Assembly (NCBI GenBank): GCA_042408875.1
Contig: JBHOQS010000025.1
Coordinates: forward strand, 41,391-105,390
DNA length: 64,000 nucleotides
Direction: 5' to 3'
Source: Chloroflexota bacterium
GTDB taxonomy: Bacteria; Chloroflexota; UBA11872; JBHOQS01
In this document: in pieces, positions 9,040-17,357 of the stretch
How positions within the stretch are numbered: position 1 is the stretch's first letter
Layout: each line of letters opens with the position of its first letter
The notes under the pieces: generated by a model
Databases searched by the model: none
Seen by the model: the letters and a program-made list of their open reading frames with translations, nothing else
What the model was told of the DNA's origin: nothing
Program-made: the position numbers and the translations under genes

Positions 9040-9831
9040 GGGGAGATATGCCCCTAGCAGGCGCGGTGTAGTTGGCCCCGGGCTACCGCCCTCCGGCTCC
9101 TCGGTAACCCCGATGCCGCTGTACGTCGCCAGCCGGCCCGGGGCCCGGAAGAGCAGCGAGCCAGAGCCCCACTGGTCGACCTTGAACGTCCCGCCACTGA
9201 TGCGTTCCCCGTTGAAGAGCAGCCAGAGCTGGTAGACCCGGCCGGCGGGGAGCGGCCGCAGGTTTTCGACGTAGAGCCAGCCCATCCCGAGCTGCGGGCT
9301 GACATAGCAGCGACCGCGCGCCTGCTGCGCCGCCTCCGTGCCTTGCATCTCAAAGACGCGTGTATCAGGCGCCGCGACCAGCTCCACCACCCGATCCATC
9401 TCAGCGACGCGGGCCTGAAGCGCAGCCGCCACCGCCTGTTGCTCCCGCAACTGCGCGGCAAGCTGAGCGTTCGAGCGCAGGAGTACACCGCTCATGAGTC
9501 CGGCGAGCGCCAGGGCAGCCGCGGCCAGCGCCAGGCTGAGCCGATTACTCCAGCGCTGGAACGCGCGCCACGCAGCGTGGCGGGCCCGGGCGGCGATGCG
9601 CGGCTGTGGCGCGCCGGTCGCAGCCCGCAAGACACGCTGTTCGAGATGCGGTGGTAGCGGCACCTGCGGTGCGAGCAGGGCCAGCATGCTCACCTGGGAG
9701 AGGAGGTGCTCAAACTCGGCGCGGCAGGGCGGGCACGCCTGGAGATGGCGCGCCACCGCGCTGCGCTCAGGCTCGTCGAGTGCACCAATTGAGTAGGCGG
9801 GTAGCTCGTCTGCGACAGTTCGGCAATCCAT
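8983..9831 (-). CDS. anti-sigma factor (zf-HC2 N-terminus, single TM, RskA-like C-terminal domain)
   Basis: N-terminus has HLQACPPCRAEFEHL (HxxxCxxC zinc finger), then a TM helix LALAAAALALAGLM, then a periplasmic domain. It is adjacent downstream of an ECF sigma gene. Confidence 0.65.
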   Translation of the reverse strand: MDCRTVADELPAYSIGALDEPERSAVARHLQACPPCRAEFEHLLSQVSMLALLAPQVPLPPHLEQRVLRAATGAPQPRIAARARHAAWRAFQRWSNRLSLALAAAALALAGLMSGVLLRSNAQLAAQLREQQAVAAALQARVAEMDRVVELVAAPDTRVFEMQGTEAAQQARGRCYVSPQLGMGWLYVENLRPLPAGRVYQLWLLFNGERISGGTFKVDQWGSGSLLFRAPGRLATYSGIGVTEEPEGGSPGPTTPRLLGAYLPSREALAPAQQTESVQYDH

Positions 9832-9978
9832 CGATCAGCTAGAGCTCAGCCAGAGAGTACTGGGGGTATCCGTGGCAGCCGCCTGGTCCTGGGTGCGACG
9901 GCTGCCTGAGCAGCGCCGTACACGGCATGCGTAGGCAGACCGGCCACGCCAGGCCCAGTGGCGCACAGTGCACTCCCT

Positions 9979-10578
9979 CTACCATTTTGCCAGCCCCTGC
10001 GCCTCCAGCAACGCGCGCAGCTTCTGAATGCCCAACCGGATACGGGTCTTGATCGTACCGAGTGGCTGGTGCAGCGCGGCGGCGATCTCACTCTGCGTGT
10101 AGCCGCCGAAGTAGGCCAGCTCCAGGGCTTCCCGCTGCTCCGGCGGCAGCGCTAGGAGCGCTGCTCGGACTGCCTGCCGCTGGATGTTCAGCCACGCCTG
10201 CTCCCCTAGATCCGGGGCATGATCGGGCAGCTCCGCGAGGACGGGAGCACCCTCCGAGCCGGCCTGATCTGCTTCGGTGACCTGGTGGATCTGATGGCGT
10301 TTCCGGCTGCGTAGCTCGTCGATAGCGCGGTGATGTGTCACTCCCAGGAGCCAGTTAATGAAGCGACCGCGGCTTGCATCATAGCTCTGGGGCTGCCGCC
10401 AGAGCTTCACAAAGACGTCTTGCACGACCTCTTCCGCTTGCTGCTGGTTGCCGAGCATGCGGAGCGCCAGTGAGTACACTACCGGCGCGTATCGGCGGTA
10501 GAGCAGGTCAGCGCCCCCGGGATCGCCGTCAGCCAGCCGGGCAAGCAGGTCGGCATCGCTAGGCTGTGGGTCCGCCAC
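9979..10578 (-). CDS. ECF (sigma-70 family group 4) RNA polymerase sigma factor
   Basis: Region 2 YRRYAPVVYSLALRMLGNQQQAEEVVQDVFVKLW and region 4 LELAYFGGYTQSEIAAALHQPLGTIKTRIRLG are both present. Confidence 0.8.
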   Translation of the reverse strand: MADPQPSDADLLARLADGDPGGADLLYRRYAPVVYSLALRMLGNQQQAEEVVQDVFVKLWRQPQSYDASRGRFINWLLGVTHHRAIDELRSRKRHQIHQVTEADQAGSEGAPVLAELPDHAPDLGEQAWLNIQRQAVRAALLALPPEQREALELAYFGGYTQSEIAAALHQPLGTIKTRIRLGIQKLRALLEAQGLAKW

Positions 10579-10700
10579 GGGCCCACGCTCCCATCCTCGT
10601 AGAGTATACGCCGCGCAGAGGACAAACGGTTCTGTAACCAGGGGATACCCGTTAGTACTACACTACGTCACTGGAGGGGGGCTGTCAAAGACATCGGGGC

Positions 10701-12080
10701 TCAGCCGGTGAAGTTGTCGAGATAGCGTTCCCACGTGCCATTGTAATAATAAACGTAGATAATCCGCTGGTAGCTCCAGAGCATGACCCCATGTTCGAAG
10801 TTTTGGGCGATGCCCATGAACGTGCGCTGCTCGGCAATGGCCCAGCCGAGCAGCTCATGGACCGCTGGCTGTTCCCGCCACAGCTTGCCGAAGTTCCGCT
10901 GGGGCTCCAGACCACCCTGCGGCGGGCGCAAGCCCATAGCGACCGGATCGCCCTCTCGCCACGTGTCGGCATACACCTGGGCCTTGCCGTTATACAGGAA
11001 CACGTAAATCTGCCGCTTATCGCTACGCAGCAGCATAATTCCATTCTGGAAGACCTGCTCGGCCATACGCACGCTGACTTCTGGATCGGTGGGCTTGCCC
11101 AGTTGCTGCCGCACGCGTGCGTTCTGTGCATAGAGGTAGCCGAAATTGCGCACCGGTCCGAGCCCAGGGAAGCTCACCTGGGGCGTTGCAGTTGGCTGTG
11201 GCGTGGCCGTCGGCTGTACCGTTGCCGTCGGTTGTGAGGGACGTGTCGGCGCCTGCGCCGGAGCAGGCGTACTGGTTGGCTGTGGCTGTGCCGGGGTCGC
11301 CGCCGGCTGGACCGGTGCAGGCGCGCGTGGGGCGGGCGCTGCTTGCGTCGGCGTCGCGGCCGACGCCGCGGCGATGGCAGCAGGCGGCGTCTGCGTTGGT
11401 GCCACCTCCAGTGCCGGCGCGACGGTGCCCGCTTGTTCCGCGGCGACCGCTGACCCCGGCCCGGTGGCGAAACTGAAGCTGAAGAGCGGGCGCCCGGCCG
11501 AGCCGTCCGTGTTTGTCCCGACTGGATTGAGGATGATCGTGTACCACGTCTGGGGCTTGAGCGGCTCGCGGGGCCAGATGGTCACCTTGCGTTCCTGCCA
11601 CTCCAGGTCGTACGCGACTGGGGGCACAATGTAGAGCGAGCGCTCGATCACCGCTCGATCGACTGCGCCGCGAAACTGGAGGGTAATGGGGGCAGTCACG
11701 CTTACGTTAGCGGCGCGATCGGCCGGCTGCGTTGCCTGGACGAGGCTTCCCGGGCGCAGCCCCTGGAACAGGAAGATCAGCGCGACGGCAAAGACCGTCA
11801 ACATGCTCCCGGCTACCGCCCACCGCGCCAACCTACCTGGCGACGTGTGGGCGACCAGCCGACGGCGCTCTGCAGCGAGGCGTGTGTACAGACTGTGCTG
11901 GAGAGAGGGCGGGGGGTAGGGGCGGGGAAGCTGGCCGATCAGCGCTCGCTGCACACGATAGGTCTGCTCGAGAGCACGGCAGGCTGCGCACCGTGCCAGA
12001 TGCTCCTCGACCTGTGTCCGCTCTGCCGGCGGCAGCTCATCGTCAACGTATGCCGAAATGCGCTCGGGCCTACACTTCAC
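10701..12080 (-). CDS. anti-sigma factor with zf-HC2 domain, TM helix, Ig-like domain, Pro/Thr/Ala-rich linker and conserved C-terminal domain
   Basis: N-terminus has HLARCAACRALEQ, then TM AVAGSMLTVFAVALIFLF. There is a long PTAP-rich low-complexity stretch. The gene is immediately downstream of an ECF sigma gene. Confidence 0.6.
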   Translation of the reverse strand: MKCRPERISAYVDDELPPAERTQVEEHLARCAACRALEQTYRVQRALIGQLPRPYPPPSLQHSLYTRLAAERRRLVAHTSPGRLARWAVAGSMLTVFAVALIFLFQGLRPGSLVQATQPADRAANVSVTAPITLQFRGAVDRAVIERSLYIVPPVAYDLEWQERKVTIWPREPLKPQTWYTIILNPVGTNTDGSAGRPLFSFSFATGPGSAVAAEQAGTVAPALEVAPTQTPPAAIAAASAATPTQAAPAPRAPAPVQPAATPAQPQPTSTPAPAQAPTRPSQPTATVQPTATPQPTATPQVSFPGLGPVRNFGYLYAQNARVRQQLGKPTDPEVSVRMAEQVFQNGIMLLRSDKRQIYVFLYNGKAQVYADTWREGDPVAMGLRPPQGGLEPQRNFGKLWREQPAVHELLGWAIAEQRTFMGIAQNFEHGVMLWSYQRIIYVYYYNGTWERYLDNFTG

Positions 12081-12140
12081 CGCCGGTGTGCTCCTCCGGC
12101 ACTGTGTGTAGCGCCGGAGCGTTGGGGAAGGCTGCCTCTG

Positions 12141-12824
12141 CTACGGCGCTTCGCCCCCGATGGAGGCGTAGATTTTTCGAAATTCCTCGCGCGCGCGGAA
12201 AAGCAGCGACTTGACTGCGCCACGGGTCGTGCCCAGGATCTCGGCGATCTCCTCGCAGGAGAGGTCCTGGTATTCCCGCAGCACCAGACATGTCCGATAC
12301 TTAGGGTTGAGCCGGTCCAGCGTTTTCTGTACCAGCTCCGCCGTCTCTTTGCGAATAGTTTCGCGCTCCGGATTCTCGCGCGCCACCTGGCTGGGATGGA
12401 ACACCGAGATGAACGTATCTAGCGGCTGCCAGCGAATGATCCGGCGCCTGCGGAGCTGATCAAGACAGGCGTTCGTTGCGATCCGGTACAACCACGCTGA
12501 GACGTTCAGGTCAGGCGTGGTGCGGTCGATCGCGCGAAACGCCTTCACAAACACGTCCTGCGTCAGGTCGTAGGCCTCCTCCGGGTTCCCCATCAGGCGC
12601 AAGACGTAATTGTAGATGGGATGCTGGTACTGCCGGAAGATCTCATCGAACGTCTGTGAGGGGGCGACGGCAGCCTGCTCTGCGGTTGGCGCAAGGCTAG
12701 CCTCGGTACTCGCGCCCTCCACCGCGGGGACCGAGCTCCCCGCCGCTCCTGAAGGAACGCCCAGTGCGCCGACACTTGCGGCACTCCCTGACCTGCCCAG
12801 CTTGAGTCCCGCTTTCGTGAACAC
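12141..12824 (-). CDS. ECF RNA polymerase sigma factor (N-terminus probably shorter than the ORF)
   Basis: YQHPIYNYVLRLMGNPEEAYDLTQDVFVKAFRA (region 2) and LVLREYQDLSCEEIAEILGTTRGAVKSLLFRAR (region 4). The first 40-50 residues are low-complexity and probably not translated. Confidence 0.75.
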   Translation of the reverse strand: MFTKAGLKLGRSGSAASVGALGVPSGAAGSSVPAVEGASTEASLAPTAEQAAVAPSQTFDEIFRQYQHPIYNYVLRLMGNPEEAYDLTQDVFVKAFRAIDRTTPDLNVSAWLYRIATNACLDQLRRRRIIRWQPLDTFISVFHPSQVARENPERETIRKETAELVQKTLDRLNPKYRTCLVLREYQDLSCEEIAEILGTTRGAVKSLLFRAREEFRKIYASIGGEAP

Positions 12825-13130
12825 GCTCGCTGCGCTCCTCTGCCGCCTACAACGAGTTGGGGCGGCGGTGGTTGCATGGGCATACGTATGGGGCTCTGGC
12901 CAGACACGCGCGACCTGCTGACTGGCAGCGCCGCGCGGCCAGCCGGCCGCGCTGGACGGCAGTGTACCATACCTGCCCGCGGAACAGAAGCCCTGCGGCT
13001 TCGTTCTTGGTGGACGGGCTGGTTTACTGCATGCCGCGCGCGGGCATGCCTACGTGTGTCGGCGGCTGGGCGCACACCTGTCGGTGCACGGCCAGCGCTT
13101 CGGACCAGGCATGCGAATCAGGAATCAGGT

Positions 13131-14021
13131 ATGATAGCTGCGTATCCGCCAACGAGTTCGCCGCCGATGTCGCCGTTTCTCGAGAAGCTGCGCCACGCCT
13201 CGCGTGTACGCCGGAGCCTGCTGTGTGTGGGCCTTGATCCTGATCCGGCGCTGCTGCCGCCATCCCTGTTGCATGGCCGGGCAGTGCCGGACGCGGTCGT
13301 CGCGTTCAATCGCGCCATCATCGAGGCGACTGCTGACCTGGTCTGTGCCTTTAAGCCGAACCTGGCGTTCTACGAAGCCCTGGGCCGGCGCGCGTTCGAG
13401 GTCCTGGCGGAAACGCTGGCCGCCATCCCCCGGGATGTAGTAACAATCGCTGACGCCAAGCGCGGGGATATCGGCAACACGGCGCGCATGTATGCCCGCG
13501 CCCTGTTCGAGACCTTCGGGTGCGACGCGGTCACCGCCAATCCCTATCTTGGCCGCGATGCCCTCGAGCCATTCCTTGCCTACGAGGACCGCGGCGTGTT
13601 CATCCTGTGCCGCACCTCGAACCCCGGCGCTGCCGACGTGCAGGACCTGCACGTTGTTTCTGCGGGTGAGGCTCCGCGCCCGCTCTACGAGCATGTGGCT
13701 GTACTGGTCAACCGCTGGAACGTGCGGGGCAACTGTGGGCTGGTAGTGGGTGCGACCTATCCGCGCGAGCTTCGTCGCGTGCGCGAGATCTGTCCGGGCA
13801 TGCCGATCCTGATCCCGGGCATCGGTGCGCAGGCCGGCGATCTGGAGGCTGCCGTCCAGGCAGGCGTGGATGCCTCCGGAGAGCTTGCTGTGATCAACGC
13901 ATCACGCAGCGTGCTCTACGCCTCGCGCGGCGAGGACTTCGCGGCGGCCGCTCGCTCGGCCGCCCAGGCGCTCCGAGATGCGATCAATGCCGCACGGCGC
14001 GGCGCAGGCACGTGGCAGTAG
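13131..14021 (+). CDS. pyrF: orotidine-5'-phosphate decarboxylase (type 2)
   Basis: MIAAYPP...LLCVGLDPDP...AFKPNLAFYEALG...IADAKRGDIGNTA... are type-2 OMP decarboxylase motifs. The ATG at 13131 is in frame within the longer ORF 12876..14021. Confidence 0.8.
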   Translation: MIAAYPPTSSPPMSPFLEKLRHASRVRRSLLCVGLDPDPALLPPSLLHGRAVPDAVVAFNRAIIEATADLVCAFKPNLAFYEALGRRAFEVLAETLAAIPRDVVTIADAKRGDIGNTARMYARALFETFGCDAVTANPYLGRDALEPFLAYEDRGVFILCRTSNPGAADVQDLHVVSAGEAPRPLYEHVAVLVNRWNVRGNCGLVVGATYPRELRRVREICPGMPILIPGIGAQAGDLEAAVQAGVDASGELAVINASRSVLYASRGEDFAAAARSAAQALRDAINAARRGAGTWQ

Positions 14022-14090
14022 TGACGCAGCCCCTGTGCCCGACGAGCTGAAAGGCTCCCAGACGACGCGGGCAGGCTCCTGGCGCAGCGC

Positions 14091-15065
14091 CTACTGGCCG
14101 GGACGGCCATCGAGCACGCGGTGGACGCCCATGGCCTGGGCCTCCCTGTCCGCGTCGGGTATAATCGCCTCTCCCCCGACCGCGGCGACCACGGGCAGAC
14201 CGGAGATCCGTTCGAGCACACGCGCTCGTTCCACAGCGCGATGCACGTCACGGGGGTCGATCACCGCAGAGACTTCCGCTACCAGGTAAGCTTCGACCCC
14301 GGTGTCACGCAGTCTCCCACGGGCGACCACGTCAGCGTCCAGCACCGCGCGCCGTTGCTGACGAGTGATCAGCCCGCGCTCCTCCGCGTCGTCGAGCAGT
14401 GCGGCCAACTCGTGGCCGGGCACGACACGCAGGCGCAAGAGGAGGTCGTCGAAGTATGCATGAGCCTTCTCGCGATAGCGCGCCTCGAGAATGTAGCCGC
14501 GCATCGCGTCGAAGCGATCGACGCGGACCGCCAGCACCGCGAGCTGCTCCGCGGTGCGCTTCTGCGCCTCCGCCAGCTCATCCATCCGGGCGGCGAGCTG
14601 GCGCACTGTGGCGTCAGTCTGGCGCTGGGCCTCGGCTAGTTGGTCTATGCGAACAACCAGCTGGCGTACCGTGGCGTCAGTCTGGTGCTGGGCCTCGGCT
14701 AGTTGGTCTATGCGAACAACCAGTTGGCGTACTGTGACGTCAGTCTGGCGCTGCGCCTCCGCCAGCGCAGCCAGCGTGGCGCTAGTCTCACGCTGGGCCT
14801 CGGCGAGTTGATCCATCCGTCCAGCAAGCTGGTCCAGGCGCTGCTCCGTACGTGCCTGGGCTTCGGCCAGTCGGGTAAGCGCTGCTTCGAGCCGGTCTAC
14901 GCGCGCGTCCAGCACGGTCACTGCTCCTCGAACAATAGCTCCGATCGCGCTGGCTACTACCGTGGACACGTGCCAGGGATACGGGGGAACCAGACAGGCG
15001 TGTCGCGGTGGTGCACAGCGCCTCGTGACACTATCGTGCCACACTATCGTACCATAGATGACCAT
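14091..15065 (-). CDS. hypothetical protein: N-terminal coiled coil built from 21-aa tandem repeats plus C-terminal PD-(D/E)XK-like domain (speculative)
   Basis: RQLVVRIDQLAEAQ(R/H)QTDATV repeated about 3 times. The C-terminus has ...DADVV...EAYLVAEVSAVID..., a possible nuclease-like motif. No recognisable named family. Confidence 0.45.
   Translation of the reverse strand: MVIYGTIVWHDSVTRRCAPPRHACLVPPYPWHVSTVVASAIGAIVRGAVTVLDARVDRLEAALTRLAEAQARTEQRLDQLAGRMDQLAEAQRETSATLAALAEAQRQTDVTVRQLVVRIDQLAEAQHQTDATVRQLVVRIDQLAEAQRQTDATVRQLAARMDELAEAQKRTAEQLAVLAVRVDRFDAMRGYILEARYREKAHAYFDDLLLRLRVVPGHELAALLDDAEERGLITRQQRRAVLDADVVARGRLRDTGVEAYLVAEVSAVIDPRDVHRAVERARVLERISGLPVVAAVGGEAIIPDADREAQAMGVHRVLDGRPGQ
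14596..14754 (-). repeat. 63-bp near-perfect tandem repeats (about 2.5 copies) inside the coiled-coil CDS
   Basis: cagctggcg(c/t)ac(t/c)gtggcgtcagtctgg(c/t)gctgggcctcggctagttggtctatgcgaacaac repeated head-to-tail. Confidence 0.85.
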
Positions 15066-15363
15066 GGCGCTGCGCCTGTTGGCGATGTCCTGCTGTGATC
15101 ACCTTTGCATGCTTTTGCATCCCTCCCTACCCAGCCCGGCATTCCGGGGGCGCTTCCCTGCTTTGTAGAGCAGGGGCATAACCGACTCCACACGGTGAGC
15201 GGGCGGGGGATCAGCACAGGCGGGTTGTAACAGGTATAAGTAGTTTATAAGATAGTTAAAATAGTATAGTTACCTGTGGTCTTCAGTCTGGTGGTTCCCG
15301 GTTCGAATGGAGTTGCCTGCTCAGGACAGCCGCAGACCAGTGATGAGTGCACAGGAGGTACAC

Positions 15364-15720
15364 ATGGCGAATCTTGTTGCAATGAAGTGTACCGCCTGCC
15401 GAGGCGGTGAGCCCACGCTGACGGATCCCGAGATCGCGGAGCTCCACCCACAGGTGCCGGACTGGCAGGTCGTGGAGCGGGACGGAATCAAGCGTTTGGA
15501 GCGTGTCTTCACGTTTAAGAATTTCGCGCAGGCGCTGGCATTTACGAACGCTGTTGGCGCCATTGCGGAGGAGGAGGGCCACCATCCTGCCATCCTCACG
15601 GAGTGGGGGAAGGTCACGGTGACCTGGTGGACCCACAAGATCAAGGGCCTCCACCGCAACGACTTCATCATGGCCGCGAAGACCGACCGGCTTTACGACG
15701 AGCAGTTTAAGCAGCCGTAG
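15364..15720 (+). CDS. phhB: pterin-4a-carbinolamine dehydratase
   Basis: [20 protein letters not shown]...[58 protein letters not shown] is a close match to the PCD/DCoH family. AGGAGG lies 8 nt upstream of this ATG. Confidence 0.85.
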   Translation: MANLVAMKCTACRGGEPTLTDPEIAELHPQVPDWQVVERDGIKRLERVFTFKNFAQALAFTNAVGAIAEEEGHHPAILTEWGKVTVTWWTHKIKGLHRNDFIMAAKTDRLYDEQFKQP

Positions 15721-16124
15721 TGACGCGCTGGCCCGCCGGCGTTCGAGGCCGGGCGGGCACGTTGCTACACTCCATGCTTCCCCCTCGTAGGGCTCGGCTC
15801 GCACACGAGCGAGGCATCATAGAGCGCCTGCTCCAGCCAGGATCCCCGCTCGGAGGACGCGCCCCGCGCCTTTCCAGGCGCAGCCATACGTCAGATATGC
15901 TACTGCCGCGGTTGACAACCCGGGCATGAACCCCATAGGATACATCCACGAGCGCCGGTGTTTTCGTATTGGGTAATGGCATTGCAAGAATCGGCATAGC
16001 CAGCGCAGAAGTCTAGAAGGTCGATCGGCATCAAGAGATAGGCGATCGACGGCGAGCACCGGCTGCGTTCATTGCCGCGGGTGCTGCGCATCCCGCGGCG
16101 CAGGCCCCGAGTTCGGGCGAGGAG

Positions 16125-17102
16125 GTGGCTATGGGCGTCTGGACCATCGCATGCACACGCCGCCGCGCGGCCGCTATCGCGCTGGGCACACCGCTTGCGA
16201 CAGCCCTGGCATGCGCCGTGCCGGCCGGGGGTGGCGCTCCGGGCGGCCGGGCCGAGGGCGAGAAGAGCACAGTGGTGATTGCCCCTCCGGCGACAAGCCT
16301 GGAGGGCTTCTCCGCCAACTACCAGCGCATGAAGCCGATCACCGACTTTCTTTCACGGCAGGCCGGCATCACCTTCGAGACCTGGTCGCCCACGGACTAC
16401 GCCAGCACGATGCTGGAGCTCGCTCGCGGCAAGCTCGACCTAGCCTGGCTCCCCCCGCTCCTCTATGCGAAGTCAAACGAAGAGGGCGTTGCCACCGCGG
16501 CCCTCAAGATGCTGAAGAAAGACCCCTCCGGGCGACTGCGCGATACGGCTGAGGCGCTGATCGTCGTGCGCGCCGATGGCCCGCAGTCGCTGGCCGAGCT
16601 GAAAGGCAAGACCATTGCCGCGACCGATCCGGCCGACGCCGTGGGCTGGCTCTTCCCTGCTGAACGCATGGCGAGAGAAGGCATCAATCCGCTCAAAGAG
16701 GCCAAGATCGACTATCGCAGCACGCCACACGGGACATTGGTCCGGCTGCTGCAGAAAGGTGCCGATGCGGCGTTTACGACGCCCGCCGCGTTGTCACATC
16801 CCGACGTGCTACGGGTCGAGAAGGAGCCGGACAAGGCAACGCGAGTGCTGGCCAGGATTGAAGGCATCCCACTTGATCTGATCGTGCTCCGCCGCTCGCT
16901 TAACCCGAAGACGGCTGAGAAGGTGCGCACTGCCCTGCGTGCCCTCACGGACACGAGCACGGCTGTGGTGCAGGAGCAGGGGCAGACGCGCTATCTCCTG
17001 GCTGTCTTTGGCTACGATGGTGCCCAGGAAGCCCGCGATAGCGACTATACACGGGTCAAGGAAGCTGCCAAGGCACTGGGCATCGCGCTCAAGTCAAGAT
17101 AG
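16125..17102 (+). CDS. PhnD/SsuA-type (phosphonate-like) ABC transporter substrate-binding protein, orphan
   Basis: Signal/lipoprotein-like N-terminus and periplasmic-binding fold motifs (LAWLPPLLYAK, GKTIAATDP). No permease or ATPase adjacent. Confidence 0.55.
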   Translation: MAMGVWTIACTRRRAAAIALGTPLATALACAVPAGGGAPGGRAEGEKSTVVIAPPATSLEGFSANYQRMKPITDFLSRQAGITFETWSPTDYASTMLELARGKLDLAWLPPLLYAKSNEEGVATAALKMLKKDPSGRLRDTAEALIVVRADGPQSLAELKGKTIAATDPADAVGWLFPAERMAREGINPLKEAKIDYRSTPHGTLVRLLQKGADAAFTTPAALSHPDVLRVEKEPDKATRVLARIEGIPLDLIVLRRSLNPKTAEKVRTALRALTDTSTAVVQEQGQTRYLLAVFGYDGAQEARDSDYTRVKEAAKALGIALKSR

Positions 17103-17120
17103 CAAGACCTGCGCTTCTGT

Positions 17121-17167
17121 GAGATCACGAGCGTCTGAGATCACGAGCGTCTAAGATCACGAGCGTC
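17121..17167 (+). repeat. 3x tandem 16-bp repeat GAGATCACGAGCGTCT in an intergenic region
   Basis: gagatcacgagcgtct gagatcacgagcgtct aagatcacgagcgtc. Confidence 0.85.
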
Positions 17168-17357
17168 AAAAAGACGCGAACACGTTCGAGCGAGATTAGT
17201 GAGCAGCGAGCGCAGAATCCGGGCCTAGGCCACGCTCGGTTCTCCGCTCCGGCCCTGGCTACCCGGCTATATGTAAAGAATACGGTTATATGAAAGATTA
17301 ATAAAAGAATAAAAAGAATAAAAGGATAAACGGATATACGTATCGGGAGGACTAGCC

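Noticed and set aside
11023-11634. several ORFs (11023..11601 -, 11146..11634 +, 11117..11476 +)
   Set aside because: They lie within the Pro/Thr/Ala-rich linker coding region of the anti-sigma gene. Repetitive GC-rich DNA yields open frames on both strands.
12876-13130. N-terminal 85 codons of ORF 12876..14021
   Set aside because: PyrF homology starts at the internal ATG (13131), and the upstream part is the divergent promoter region shared with the ECF sigma gene. It contains the hairpin GCATGCC-gcgcgcg-GGCATGC at 13030-13050, noted only as possible regulatory structure.
15262-15300. possible tRNA gene (GGTTCGAAT T-loop)
   Set aside because: No acceptor, D or anticodon arms can be folded, and the T-stem is not complementary. 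Treated as a remnant at most.
15283-15804. 173-aa minus-strand ORF (and 15321..15671)
   Set aside because: Overlaps the clearly conserved pterin-4a-carbinolamine dehydratase on the opposite strand.
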